The position numbers and the translations under genes were made by a program. A stretch of 43,724 nt of DNA from a virus (taxonomy: Duplodnaviria; Caudoviricetes), in the IMG/VR virus record IMGVR_UViG_3300032303_002529, positions 1 to 43,724 of that record; one strand, 5' to 3'. Positions 7,901 to 18,200 of this stretch are shown piece by piece. The notes beneath the pieces were generated by a model. The model searched no databases and had not been told where the DNA came from. It saw only the letters and a program-made list of their open reading frames with translations. Within the stretch, counting starts at the first letter, position 1; every line of letters begins with the position of its first letter.

Positions 7901-10276
7901 TTAGAAGTCAAGTTTAACCACAAACTGTTGTATACCCTGTCTTAATTCAGGTGATTGTAATTTTGTTACAACCAAAAGTTCTTTTTGTTCGTTTAATAAA
8001 CCAATTTCTGTGATGTAAGATGTTGTTCCTGAAGCCCAAGTTGGGTTTGAAGTATTACTAAATTGGTTCCTACCAAGATTACATAAAAATCTCATTTCGT
8101 AAATAGTTGCCATTATATCGGTTTCTACATTACCATAAAAATAAAATTCATCACCGAAATTCATTATATCAGGTGAGCCATTTGGAACCAAATTAATGTA
8201 ATTATTTAAGTTATACGTAGGGGCAGAATTATAATTTGTTGGTGATATTTCAAATGTTGTTCCTGTTATTCCGCTCATAGTTAAAAATCCGTTTACTGTG
8301 GTCGCGCTTATCATATCTGTAACATCAATCATCTTCCACTGCGTTGGGTCCGGTCTTAAAGTATCAACTCTTTTTTGGCAAAGTATTTGTAATTTGTTTG
8401 CAGAAAAACCTGAAAGGCTTCCTTGAGTTAAGAATGGAAATTCAGCTCCAAATCTAATTGCAACATTTTGAGAACTTGTGGTACATCCTGTATCTGGTCC
8501 AAGTATTGACGAATAATAATTACAGTGCAGTGAATTTGTAAATCCTGTATTATCAAATCTATACGTCACCCACATAGTTTCTGCACTTGATGCCATAATT
8601 CCGTTTAACTCGGCATTACTAAAACAAGTATTTGGTGTGATTAGTGATAATTTAGGTGCAGGTAAAGTCCAGTTTCTATTTGACTTATAAGATAAAGCCG
8701 CAACAACTTCCTCATCATCTATTACAATAATTTGTTGGTCCGGAAATACTTTACCAATTCTATTAAGATTTTCATTTAAATCGGGGTTATTATCCCACAA
8801 ATGATAATATCTAATACCAGGGTCATTCATATCACTATTCTCGTTTGATTTAATGTAATAAGGTTTACATAAATCATAATTTTCAGGGTCAATATAAAAA
8901 TCAGCACCTATTGTATCACCTGTACTTTTGTGCCACATAAGTGTTGGTAAACTTAATTTGAAATGTCTTGCTAAACCTACTTCATCTGTTGGATTTTGCG
9001 GGTCAAATGGTTCTGTTGCAAATTTTTCACCATAAACAAAATCAATATCTTGGTTAGTGTAGTGTATAATTGCAATCGCCTTTTGTTCCTCAGGTTTTAC
9101 TGTTATTTTTTCGTCAAATGAATTGTAATAAAAAACTTCACTTGTATCTGTCTGTCCTGTTGGTTCATTATATCCAAGATATTCTTTTGTTCCAACATAT
9201 GTTACAGAACCAAATTTTGAATAATCTTCGTGAGTTGAACTAAATAATCCTGCGGGGCTTTCGGTCCAAGGAATATTCATATTCCAAATAACAGTATTTT
9301 CTCTATTTGTTACATCACAAGGAGATTCAAAATTTAAAGTATCTAACTGCCAAAATGAATATGGTGTTACAGTATCATAAAGTTGCGTCATTCCTGATGG
9401 ATAAACGTGAACTCTTGCATATTGACCACTTGAGGTATTTGCAGTATAATTTGGTACTGTTCTGTCTAAAGTAAGACCATAACTATTTGTATATGCTGTT
9501 AATGATTGAATTTTATAAGTTAATACAGGTACTGTTTCAATATCATTACAAGAACCAATTCCATCTAAATATATTGTAATAAAATCATTAACTTCAGGTG
9601 TTCCTGTTGTTGGAGAACATAAATCAAAATCAATAATAATATCTGTCTGTCCTGATAGTGTACTCATATCAACCCAATAATTAGAGTTCATAGTATATGC
9701 GGAACTATTGTTAACAATCCAATTACTTGTTCCACTAGCACAAATACCAACATAAACATATGAACCAGGCCCCGAAATTTTATTTACACCATAACTATCT
9801 TCAACACAAACTTCATATATATTATCATCAACAGGAAATGTTATCGGTGACGCACCTCCGCAAGGTATAAATTGAAAATACGTTAGAGGTCCTCTTTGTC
9901 CAACTAACATATATTTTGAACACCCAATAGGATATGTAAAAAATCCTTTTGAACCTGCGGCGTTGAATACCTCATCAATTCCACTATCTTGAAAAGGAAT
10001 ACCATATGTATTTCCGTCTCCACCATTAACATAATAAGGATATTTGATGTTTTGTTTGTTTGACTGTGGTGTTCCTCTATCATTTTGAGCACAGAATGCC
10101 GGCATCAAAATATTATTATTTACCTGATTATAGTTTGGAACTGCGGTATAACTAACTTCACTATCACCTATTTGGAAATAAGAAATATTAAAATTACCCT
10201 GTGATATTCTTCTTCTACCAACATCGGTAATCCTTGTGTTAACTAAACCTGAAGTATTTTTTATTATATATGACAT
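7901..10276 (-). CDS. virion structural protein (tail/baseplate-associated)
   Basis: N-term ITDVGRRRIS..YFQIGDSE and C-term YITEIGLLN..ELLVVTKL resemble tail-collar/fibre attachment domains; located in the structural block. Confidence 0.6.
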   Translation of the reverse strand: MSYIIKNTSGLVNTRITDVGRRRISQGNFNISYFQIGDSEVSYTAVPNYNQVNNNILMPAFCAQNDRGTPQSNKQNIKYPYYVNGGDGNTYGIPFQDSGIDEVFNAAGSKGFFTYPIGCSKYMLVGQRGPLTYFQFIPCGGASPITFPVDDNIYEVCVEDSYGVNKISGPGSYVYVGICASGTSNWIVNNSSAYTMNSNYWVDMSTLSGQTDIIIDFDLCSPTTGTPEVNDFITIYLDGIGSCNDIETVPVLTYKIQSLTAYTNSYGLTLDRTVPNYTANTSSGQYARVHVYPSGMTQLYDTVTPYSFWQLDTLNFESPCDVTNRENTVIWNMNIPWTESPAGLFSSTHEDYSKFGSVTYVGTKEYLGYNEPTGQTDTSEVFYYNSFDEKITVKPEEQKAIAIIHYTNQDIDFVYGEKFATEPFDPQNPTDEVGLARHFKLSLPTLMWHKSTGDTIGADFYIDPENYDLCKPYYIKSNENSDMNDPGIRYYHLWDNNPDLNENLNRIGKVFPDQQIIVIDDEEVVAALSYKSNRNWTLPAPKLSLITPNTCFSNAELNGIMASSAETMWVTYRFDNTGFTNSLHCNYYSSILGPDTGCTTSSQNVAIRFGAEFPFLTQGSLSGFSANKLQILCQKRVDTLRPDPTQWKMIDVTDMISATTVNGFLTMSGITGTTFEISPTNYNSAPTYNLNNYINLVPNGSPDIMNFGDEFYFYGNVETDIMATIYEMRFLCNLGRNQFSNTSNPTWASGTTSYITEIGLLNEQKELLVVTKLQSPELRQGIQQFVVKLDF

Positions 10277-10281
10277 CTTTT

Positions 10282-10288
10282 ATAAATA
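10282..10288 (-). promoter_or_regulatory. TATTTAT motif (putative phage late/middle promoter)
   Basis: 5 nt upstream of ATG 10276; recurs before many genes. Confidence 0.6.
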
Positions 10289-10303
10289 TCTTTTTTATTT
10301 TTT

Positions 10304-11674
10304 TTATCTTTGGATTTCGTCTTTAATAATTGATGACGCATTCTTACTAAAATTAACCGTACAACATTGGCACCCACTAACAGGGTTTTGTGAGTTTGCC
10401 GTGTTTTTAACGTCAATAGTATTATTTAATAATGTGGCACATCCCGAAGCATTTACACTAGGGTTTGTTATTATCATTTCACTTATTGAGGTCCCAGTCA
10501 ATCTATCAGCGTTAGTCATTGATATTTGATACGAACTATCTATTGTTGTTCCCGTATTGTTTTCGCCGGCACAAAATGTTCTAGGAGTGACATACGTATT
10601 TGTTACCGTATTTACCGTTGTTTGTAAAACAGAATTCAAATAAACAAGTGTTTGTCCCGAAATTTGACCCGAACCAGGTCCATATATTGTTTGCGTATCT
10701 AAGATTGACATTAAGAAATTTATACTTGTTCCAATATCTATTGAATTATCAAATTGTAATTCCCAATCAGTTTGCACTACTTTTCTTCTTTGTGGATTAA
10801 ATGTATCAATTAAAACTCTTTGATTTGTTGTTACAATACTACCATTATATGTTTTTGGTAAGTTGTCATAGTTTACCGTAGCATTTAATTGTAGTATTGA
10901 ATTATTACTATCTTTAACATTAACAAGATATGTATTTTCACATAAACCATTAAATATATTTGATTGCTGATAGTTTAACCCATTTATTGAATATTGATAA
11001 ACTCCTGTTCCTCCTACGGGATATATAACAATACTACCATTACAAGGTGTTGTGTTTTTACAACTTGTGTTCGTAGTGATAATATCAGCATTTAAAGGTA
11101 ATGCTCCTGTACAAGTTCCTTGTATTACTTGTAAATTTAATACTCCAGCGGCTCCTCTTCCCGTTGCATACCAACCGCTATCAGGTGTATTAGATACATT
11201 TAAAGTTGTAAACACTAATCCTGTTATAAAGGTCATTTCCCATCTACCATTACCTGAACCTGTGTTTGATATTCTTGGATTCCAAAATATTTTATATGTT
11301 GTTGTTCCATCAAAATATTCCCATTTTGTTTTTCCGTTTTCAGTACCATTTGGAGTAAAAGAAAAATTATAAATTCTTCCCTCAAAACTAAAAGTCATAC
11401 ACAAATTTGGTTGTGTTGGTGGGGGTAATTGTGGTTTTATTTGTATTTGTGTGAAGTTTTTACAACTTCCATTACTTTTTATTATTATTGAGGATGAAGT
11501 ATCTGGTATGGTAACTCCAACGCCGATAAATAAGTCATTATAAGTAACCGCTGTCGCATTCAATCCATTTGAAATTAAAATTGCATAGTTTGACGATGAT
11601 ATCACATCATAATAAATGTCATAATTTGCCGTTGAATCTCCTGTTGTTAACTGTACTGTATAATTTACTGACAT
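10304..11674 (-). CDS. modular virion/adhesin protein with one SprB-like repeat
   Basis: TNTSC..NGSIVIYPVGGTGVYQYSING..FNGLCENTYLVNVKD; Thr/Ser/Asn-rich. Confidence 0.65.
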   Translation of the reverse strand: MSVNYTVQLTTGDSTANYDIYYDVISSSNYAILISNGLNATAVTYNDLFIGVGVTIPDTSSSIIIKSNGSCKNFTQIQIKPQLPPPTQPNLCMTFSFEGRIYNFSFTPNGTENGKTKWEYFDGTTTYKIFWNPRISNTGSGNGRWEMTFITGLVFTTLNVSNTPDSGWYATGRGAAGVLNLQVIQGTCTGALPLNADIITTNTSCKNTTPCNGSIVIYPVGGTGVYQYSINGLNYQQSNIFNGLCENTYLVNVKDSNNSILQLNATVNYDNLPKTYNGSIVTTNQRVLIDTFNPQRRKVVQTDWELQFDNSIDIGTSINFLMSILDTQTIYGPGSGQISGQTLVYLNSVLQTTVNTVTNTYVTPRTFCAGENNTGTTIDSSYQISMTNADRLTGTSISEMIITNPSVNASGCATLLNNTIDVKNTANSQNPVSGCQCCTVNFSKNASSIIKDEIQR

Positions 11675-11686
11675 AATTTTATTATT

Positions 11687-13591
11687 TTAAGGACAAATTC
11701 CAATATCTATTATTACTCCATTATTATCGACTTGGAATACATATTTACCAGCCAAATAATTAGCAGATAAAGAATTTGTTCCACACATCTTTAGGGTAAT
11801 CCAATTATTTCCTCCAACTAAAGGAATATTATTTATATAGTCATCATATATTTTATCACCTATTACCAAATTAGATATTTTTCCATATGCGTTGGTGAAT
11901 GATACACCCGTATAAGAATATAATCTATCTTGTGAATAATTTGAACAAGAGTCTGCCGAGGTCGCATATAAAATATTAGAACCGAATGCAACATTGCCTT
12001 TAGGAACCGAAGCCAAACTAGGTACTGCGGCAACATACATCCAACCTTTAGGACTATTAATTATAGTTGAATTATATGAAGTGTTAAGTATTTCTAAATC
12101 AATACCTTTAAACCCTACTTGATTGGTTCCTCCACTTATAAGTAAATCCGCATTGAATGTTGTGAGAGACGATGTCATATTCACATCAAAATATATTGTT
12201 GTTGGTGAAATTTCATTTAATGAGTTTCCATTAACATTTGTACTTCCTGTCAAATAAACCGGTGATATTAAATCTGCTTTAAGATGTACAATATCTCCAG
12301 TTGCCCCTGAAAGTGAAAATGTTCTTGATTGTGAACCCGCAGCTGCAATATTTGAATCAAACCCATAATAAATCCATCTAATTGTTGTTGGAGGATGACT
12401 AGGTGTTGGGGTTTGTGTTGGGGTTTGTGTTGGTGTATTAGTTAATGTATTAGTTGGTGTTTGTGTATTAGTTGGTGTATTAGTTGGTGTTGGTGTGTTA
12501 GTCGGTGTATTAGTTGGTAGTATCTGATTTGCATTCCCATTTAACTCGCAATTTATTTTTGGTGCGGTTACTGTACAAGTTGTTGTTCCCGTATAATCAC
12601 CATAATAATCTACAACCGTACAGGTATAACTTCCCGGTAATAAATTATTAATTGTACTTGTTCTCGCACCCGTATTCCAATAATATGTATAAGGACTTGT
12701 TCCACCTGTTACAACAACTGTTATTGAACCATTATTTGTTGTTTGACTTGTCGCATTTGTTGTTTGACATTTAAGTCCCATAGGAAAACTAACTATAACA
12801 TCGCAACTATTTCCATAAACATAAACAGGTGGTGGTTCGGGTTCAGGTGTAAATGATGGTGTCGGTGTAGGTGTTCCTGTATTTGTTGGTGTTGGGGTGA
12901 ATGTTGGTGTAATACTTGGTGTTACTGTTTGTGTTGGTGTTGGTGAAGGTGTTATGCAAGGATTAAATCCCGCCGTCGGTATGGTAATAATATTTGATGA
13001 GTGACTTAATGATGGATTAAAATTAAATGTTCCAACAGCACTAGTATAAGTATATGCCGAGTAATTATCACAGCAATCATAATAGTAGATATATTCACCA
13101 TCTTGAGAATAACCAACAGTACAACTTAATCTAGAATTACAATCATTACAACCTGTTGTTGATTGTGAAGGTTTTGATTGTTGGAATGGGTAGGCATATG
13201 AAAATGTATCTTCAATAATTGTTACACATCTCTGAGTAAATCCATATGATAAGTCATAAGTTTCAATTAAATATGTGTTACCTATTAATAAAGTATCGGT
13301 TGATGCGGATAAAATATTTTCTGAGGAACTTCCACATTCAATGTAACGATAATTATTAAAACTTGATGTTCCTGTTAATGAAATAACTCCTGAACCACCT
13401 TTAACTAAAGCCCAATAAGTACCTCCACTACAATAATACCCATCAGGCGCTGCCGGTCCTGTACAATTTGAACCAACATAAATTATTCCATTTTGTGTGA
13501 ATGTTGTTACGGAATAACCACTTGTAGCGGCATTTGTTGCAATATAAGCCGTTTGTCCTGACGATAAAGATAAATTAATACAACTAGGCAT
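11687..13591 (-). CDS. modular Cys-rich, Pro/Thr-linker protein with SprB-like repeat
   Basis: Probable start MPSC at 13591. Two PT linkers and a GGTSPYTYYWNTG...LLPGSYTCTVVD repeat. Confidence 0.7.
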   Translation of the reverse strand: MPSCINLSLSSGQTAYIATNAATSGYSVTTFTQNGIIYVGSNCTGPAAPDGYYCSGGTYWALVKGGSGVISLTGTSSFNNYRYIECGSSSENILSASTDTLLIGNTYLIETYDLSYGFTQRCVTIIEDTFSYAYPFQQSKPSQSTTGCNDCNSRLSCTVGYSQDGEYIYYYDCCDNYSAYTYTSAVGTFNFNPSLSHSSNIITIPTAGFNPCITPSPTPTQTVTPSITPTFTPTPTNTGTPTPTPSFTPEPEPPPVYVYGNSCDVIVSFPMGLKCQTTNATSQTTNNGSITVVVTGGTSPYTYYWNTGARTSTINNLLPGSYTCTVVDYYGDYTGTTTCTVTAPKINCELNGNANQILPTNTPTNTPTPTNTPTNTQTPTNTLTNTPTQTPTQTPTPSHPPTTIRWIYYGFDSNIAAAGSQSRTFSLSGATGDIVHLKADLISPVYLTGSTNVNGNSLNEISPTTIYFDVNMTSSLTTFNADLLISGGTNQVGFKGIDLEILNTSYNSTIINSPKGWMYVAAVPSLASVPKGNVAFGSNILYATSADSCSNYSQDRLYSYTGVSFTNAYGKISNLVIGDKIYDDYINNIPLVGGNNWITLKMCGTNSLSANYLAGKYVFQVDNNGVIIDIGICP

Positions 13592-13592
13592 A

Positions 13593-14240
13593 TTATGGAC
13601 AAATTTCAAAATTGTTTATTTGTCCAAAACTACTTATTTGAACTATGTAAAAATCATTACCAAATTTCATTTTTATATAATTGTTATTTCCGTTATATGG
13701 TGTATATAAAACACCACTTATATATGTTTGATATACATATGCACCTATTACAGGAACCGTATTACTTTCACTTATGTATGTATATAAATAATTAACACTT
13801 AATGTATCATAACAAGTGTATCCACTTGTTAAAAATATTGATTTACCTATTAAATGACTTGCAATAACAGGTGTTGTGGTTGGTGTTGGTGTGGTTGTTG
13901 GAGTTTGCGTTGGGGTTTTTGTATTAGTTGGGGTTTTAGTTGGTGTTGGAGTATTAGTGGAAGTTTGTGTTTGAGTCTGAGTCATTGTAGGTGTTTGAGT
14001 CATTGTAGGTGTTTGTGTAGGTGTCGGCGTGATATAAACATTTTCACCTACTTCACACAGCTGAGAATCAACTATTTTAATGACAAAATCAGTATCACAG
14101 TATGGTGATGGTACATCAAATTCATAAGGAAATGTTGACTCTGTAGACACAAAAACACAGCTCGCACTCATCGCATCACAATAGTATATGTCTACAGGTG
14201 TATTTGCGGTTACGGTTGATATGATTACTTTTTGACTCAT
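13593..14240 (-). CDS. two-module protein joined by PT linker
   Basis: Probable start MSQKV at 14240 (TAATG overlap with upstream stop). Confidence 0.7.
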   Translation of the reverse strand: MSQKVIISTVTANTPVDIYYCDAMSASCVFVSTESTFPYEFDVPSPYCDTDFVIKIVDSQLCEVGENVYITPTPTQTPTMTQTPTMTQTQTQTSTNTPTPTKTPTNTKTPTQTPTTTPTPTTTPVIASHLIGKSIFLTSGYTCYDTLSVNYLYTYISESNTVPVIGAYVYQTYISGVLYTPYNGNNNYIKMKFGNDFYIVQISSFGQINNFEICP

Positions 14241-14458
14241 TATGATACAACAGTTTCTCCTGAGATTATGCAATTATTTGCGTCTATTATTTTTAACATA
14301 TATGCGGTTGAGACATTATATGGATATGGTATTGTAAACGTATATGGAGGTTCTGCAATTCTTGTTATATAAAAACAACCTGTTCCTCCACTTTGACATA
14401 TATAAACATCAAATGGTGTTTGTCCCGTTATCGTATTTATTTCAACTTCAATTCCCAT
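14240..14458 (-). CDS. stand-alone ~70-aa beta module protein
   Basis: Visibly paralogous to the N-term of 13593..14240 and to 19874..20101. Confidence 0.7.
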   Translation of the reverse strand: MGIEVEINTITGQTPFDVYICQSGGTGCFYITRIAEPPYTFTIPYPYNVSTAYMLKIIDANNCIISGETVVS

Positions 14459-14459
14459 A

Positions 14460-15251
14460 TCAAATAAATAGGTTATTTGTATTATAATAATTTAATAAAC
14501 AATCATCACAAGTATCAAAACTTTGTGTAATTGTCGGTGTAATTCCTTCTGTATAATTATACTCAGAAACAATTCCTTCGTATGATATTATAGTATAACA
14601 AATATTATCAATATCAATATTAACGACTGATGATATATCCAAAGTTGATGCTGTTGAGCCATAAACAGTTAACCCTGATATAGAACCGTCACAAGCATCT
14701 ACAATATATTTTTTATATAAAGGACAAGTCGTGCAAGTATAATCGTTCCAAGCAGGTGTGTTAATTTCATATTCAGTATCTGTTGGTGTTGTAACAATAG
14801 AATTTAATGTTACACAAAAATCATCTCCATCGGTATTGTTAACTCCAACAACTTGACCTACTGTAGGTATTAACTTTAGTATTCCTGAAGTAGGTCCGAC
14901 ATTACAAACTTTTACATATACCGTATTACCACTATTACAAGTAAGAGCACTAAATACAACTGTTGTACAAGCACTAACCGTAGTTAAAATACAATCATCA
15001 CAAGTTGGATATACAATATCTACAACATTTGTAAAATAGTTTCCGCTATAACTTAATGATAAAACATTAATTGGTGGAATATATGTATCATCACTTTCAC
15101 CCAAATAGTTCCAACAATTACCTAAACTATCTTTAAAAAAAGTGTTTGGTAAATTAGTAAAACCCAATTTACTTGTCTGTATAATTTGCGTGTTGTAAGT
15201 TGCATAAGATGCAACAGGTACACAACTTTGATATATATAAACTTTACTCAT
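14460..15251 (-). CDS. protein of three tandem 4-Cys modules
   Basis: Three C...C...CxxC units ending CDDC, CTTC and CDDC. Confidence 0.7.
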   Translation of the reverse strand: MSKVYIYQSCVPVASYATYNTQIIQTSKLGFTNLPNTFFKDSLGNCWNYLGESDDTYIPPINVLSLSYSGNYFTNVVDIVYPTCDDCILTTVSACTTVVFSALTCNSGNTVYVKVCNVGPTSGILKLIPTVGQVVGVNNTDGDDFCVTLNSIVTTPTDTEYEINTPAWNDYTCTTCPLYKKYIVDACDGSISGLTVYGSTASTLDISSVVNIDIDNICYTIISYEGIVSEYNYTEGITPTITQSFDTCDDCLLNYYNTNNLFI

Positions 15252-15265
15252 TTTAAATTAAAATT

Positions 15266-18200
15266 TTATGGTTCAACTCCCCCATCTGTTATATTCCAAC
15301 CGTATCCTGTTGGTGTTGCACCTGTTAACAAATCTTTACCAGCTTGTCCGTCTGCAGTATATTTTGCGGTATAGAATGATATTGTTCTTCCCGTTTGTAC
15401 TGTTTTACCTCCTGATGTCCATCCTGTGTATATATCTGTTAGATTAGTTGCTGATAACGTTGATGGTGTTTTACCATACATAAAATTTGTAAAATTAGTA
15501 ACTGCAGAAACATTCCAATTACCAATTGGTTGATTAAATTGATTGGCTCCTGGTACCCCATAGAACATATTAATCATATTAGAAACCTTAGATGTATTCC
15601 ATCCACTTAAAGGTTGGTTAAATAATGGTGCCTCTTGGAACATAGAAGCCATAGAAAGAACATTTGATGTATTCCAACTTCCAATTGGCTGATTAAATTT
15701 AAGTGCCCGATAAAACATTACTGACATATTTGTAACCGCACTTGTAGTCCATCCTGAAATTGAAGTTGAACCCGAATTATCAAATTTGGCGGTATTTTGG
15801 AACATAGCAGTTGTTGCGGTAACACTTCCCAAATCCCAATTTCCTAAATCTTGGTCAAAATTATCCGCATTATCAAACATACTTGACATATCAGTAACCT
15901 CCGAAGTAATCCAACTATTTAATGGTTGATTGAATACCGAGCTGGCAAACATATTTGTCATTGTAGTCACACTTGATACATCCCAATTATCTATTGGTTG
16001 GTTAAATGATGTCGTTCCATAGAACATATATGACATATCAGTAACCGCGCTTGTTGTCCATCCACTAATATCAGGATTACCTCCATTATTAAATGGTGTA
16101 CTAAGGAACATACGATTCATAGTTGTTGCGGACGAAACATTCCAATTACTAATATCTTGGTCAAATTTAGAATTTGCAAACAAATACGACATATCAAGAA
16201 CCTTTCTTGTATCCCAACTTGACATACTTGGTGTACCTGAGAATTTAGTTGCGTTATAGAACATTTGTGCCATAGTTGTTACTCCCGATACATTCCAACT
16301 ACCAACATCTTGTGTAAAGTTTGTCGAGCCATTAAATGTTGCGCCCATATAAAGAACATTTTTAGTGTCCCAACTTCCTATTGGTTGATTAAATGCAGTA
16401 TTTGCTTGGAACATACTATTCATATTCTGAAGTGATGTTATTTTCCAATTATTAATATTTGGATTTCCCCCATTATTAAATGGACAGTTAGCGAACATAC
16501 TATCTGTTCTTCTAACATTTGCAAGTGTAGATACATCAGGAGATATTCTCTCCCAATTACTTATATCTTGATTAAACTTACTTCCATTAAACATATTTCT
16601 CATACCACTATATGTTCCGGTTGCAGTAACGTTGGAAACACACCATCCGCTTATTTGTTGGTTAAAGGAACTTGCGGCGTAGAACATATGACCCATATCA
16701 GTATTTGCAGACATACTCCAACTACTTAATCCATCTCCTGAACCATCACCAGATGCCAATCCATTATTAAACAAATAAGCCTGTGAAAATGAATAATTTG
16801 ACGCACCAATTTTTTTCATATCAGACAAATAACCATATTCATTTGGTGTATCCCTTTCCCATCCTGTAATATTTCTATTGAATTTTTGTGCGTTATAGAA
16901 CATATAACCAATCGTGGTGTTTGCAGACATAGTCCAACCACTAATACTATTACTTCCTCCATTATCAAATGCCAACGCTGTGTTAAACATAGCACCTGTA
17001 TTTCCAACTTTATGAGTATCCCAATTACCAATATTTTTATCAAATTTATAAGCATTATTAAACATATTACCCATATATGTTACCGCACTTGTTGTCCATC
17101 CGCTTAAATCGTCATTGAAATTTGTGGCAAGCATAAATGTATTACCCATATTTTGTACATTGGATGTATCCCACTCATTAACTCTATTAATTGTTGTTAA
17201 TGAAGTACATAGATAGAATGCATTAAATAATGTTGTAGTATTAGTTAAGTCTAAAACATCGGTTACACCAGTCAAAACTAAATTTCTACAAGTATCAAAA
17301 TAATATCCTTGAGTTCCTAATCTTAATGGACCCCACTTATTAACTTCTAAAATTTTATATTTTTCAGCTGCATTACGACTATCAGAAATACTTGCACCCG
17401 CACTAACATCATATTGAATACCACTCAAATTACCTGGGTCGGCATAAATATTAATTGTGTAAATTCCAGGTGTTGAGTATTGGTGAGTTCTATTTGTTGC
17501 ACTCCAAGATGATATATAATCTAACGATGAGCCATCTCCCCAATCAACTAAACAACTATAGTTTGTACCAGCACCACTTATAAATGGTAATGTAATTTCA
17601 TCAAATGCAGAACTACTTGTTGGAGTTACTGAACTTAAAGCCAATCCAGTCATTTCAACATCAGCAACACCAAATACATTATTGGTTCCACCCGTTGTTA
17701 TAATATCATATTTGTAACTAACATATGAATTAACAATAACAGGTAATGGGAAGGCATTTTGAATTGATTGTCTTATTTGTTCTGAAGTTCTTTCAGCCGC
17801 AGTTGAAATAACCGTTGTCGGAGTACCATTTAAAGTTATGGTTAACCCAGATATATTTATTTTTCCTGTCGCTCTATTATTACCGGCAAATTGTACTAAA
17901 TCAAATATATAGTTCGTATTTCTTGTATCAAATCTACCTGTGAAATTATCTAAAGGTCTAGTCGGTGTTGGAGTCGGAGTGGTTGTATTAGTAGGAGTTT
18001 GTGTTGGAGTTTCGGTATTAGTTGGTGTTGGAGTTTTAGTCGGAGTTTTTGTATTAGTAGGTGTATTAGTAGGTGTTTTTGTATTAGTAGGTGTATTAGT
18101 AGGTGTTTGAGTTGGTGTTTTTGTATTAGTAGGTGTATTAGTAGGTGTTTGAGTTGGTGTTGGGGTAACCGCTTCTTTTGACGGTGTTGGTGTATTAGTC

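Noticed and set aside
15470-17200. Diversity-generating retroelement acting on the repeat protein
   Set aside because: No reverse transcriptase in the window and no TR/VR pair with adenine-specific differences; the repeat copies compared differ at synonymous sites.
18046-18159. Possible CRISPR array
   Set aside because: Repeats are adjacent, in-frame and coding, with no unique spacers and no cas genes.
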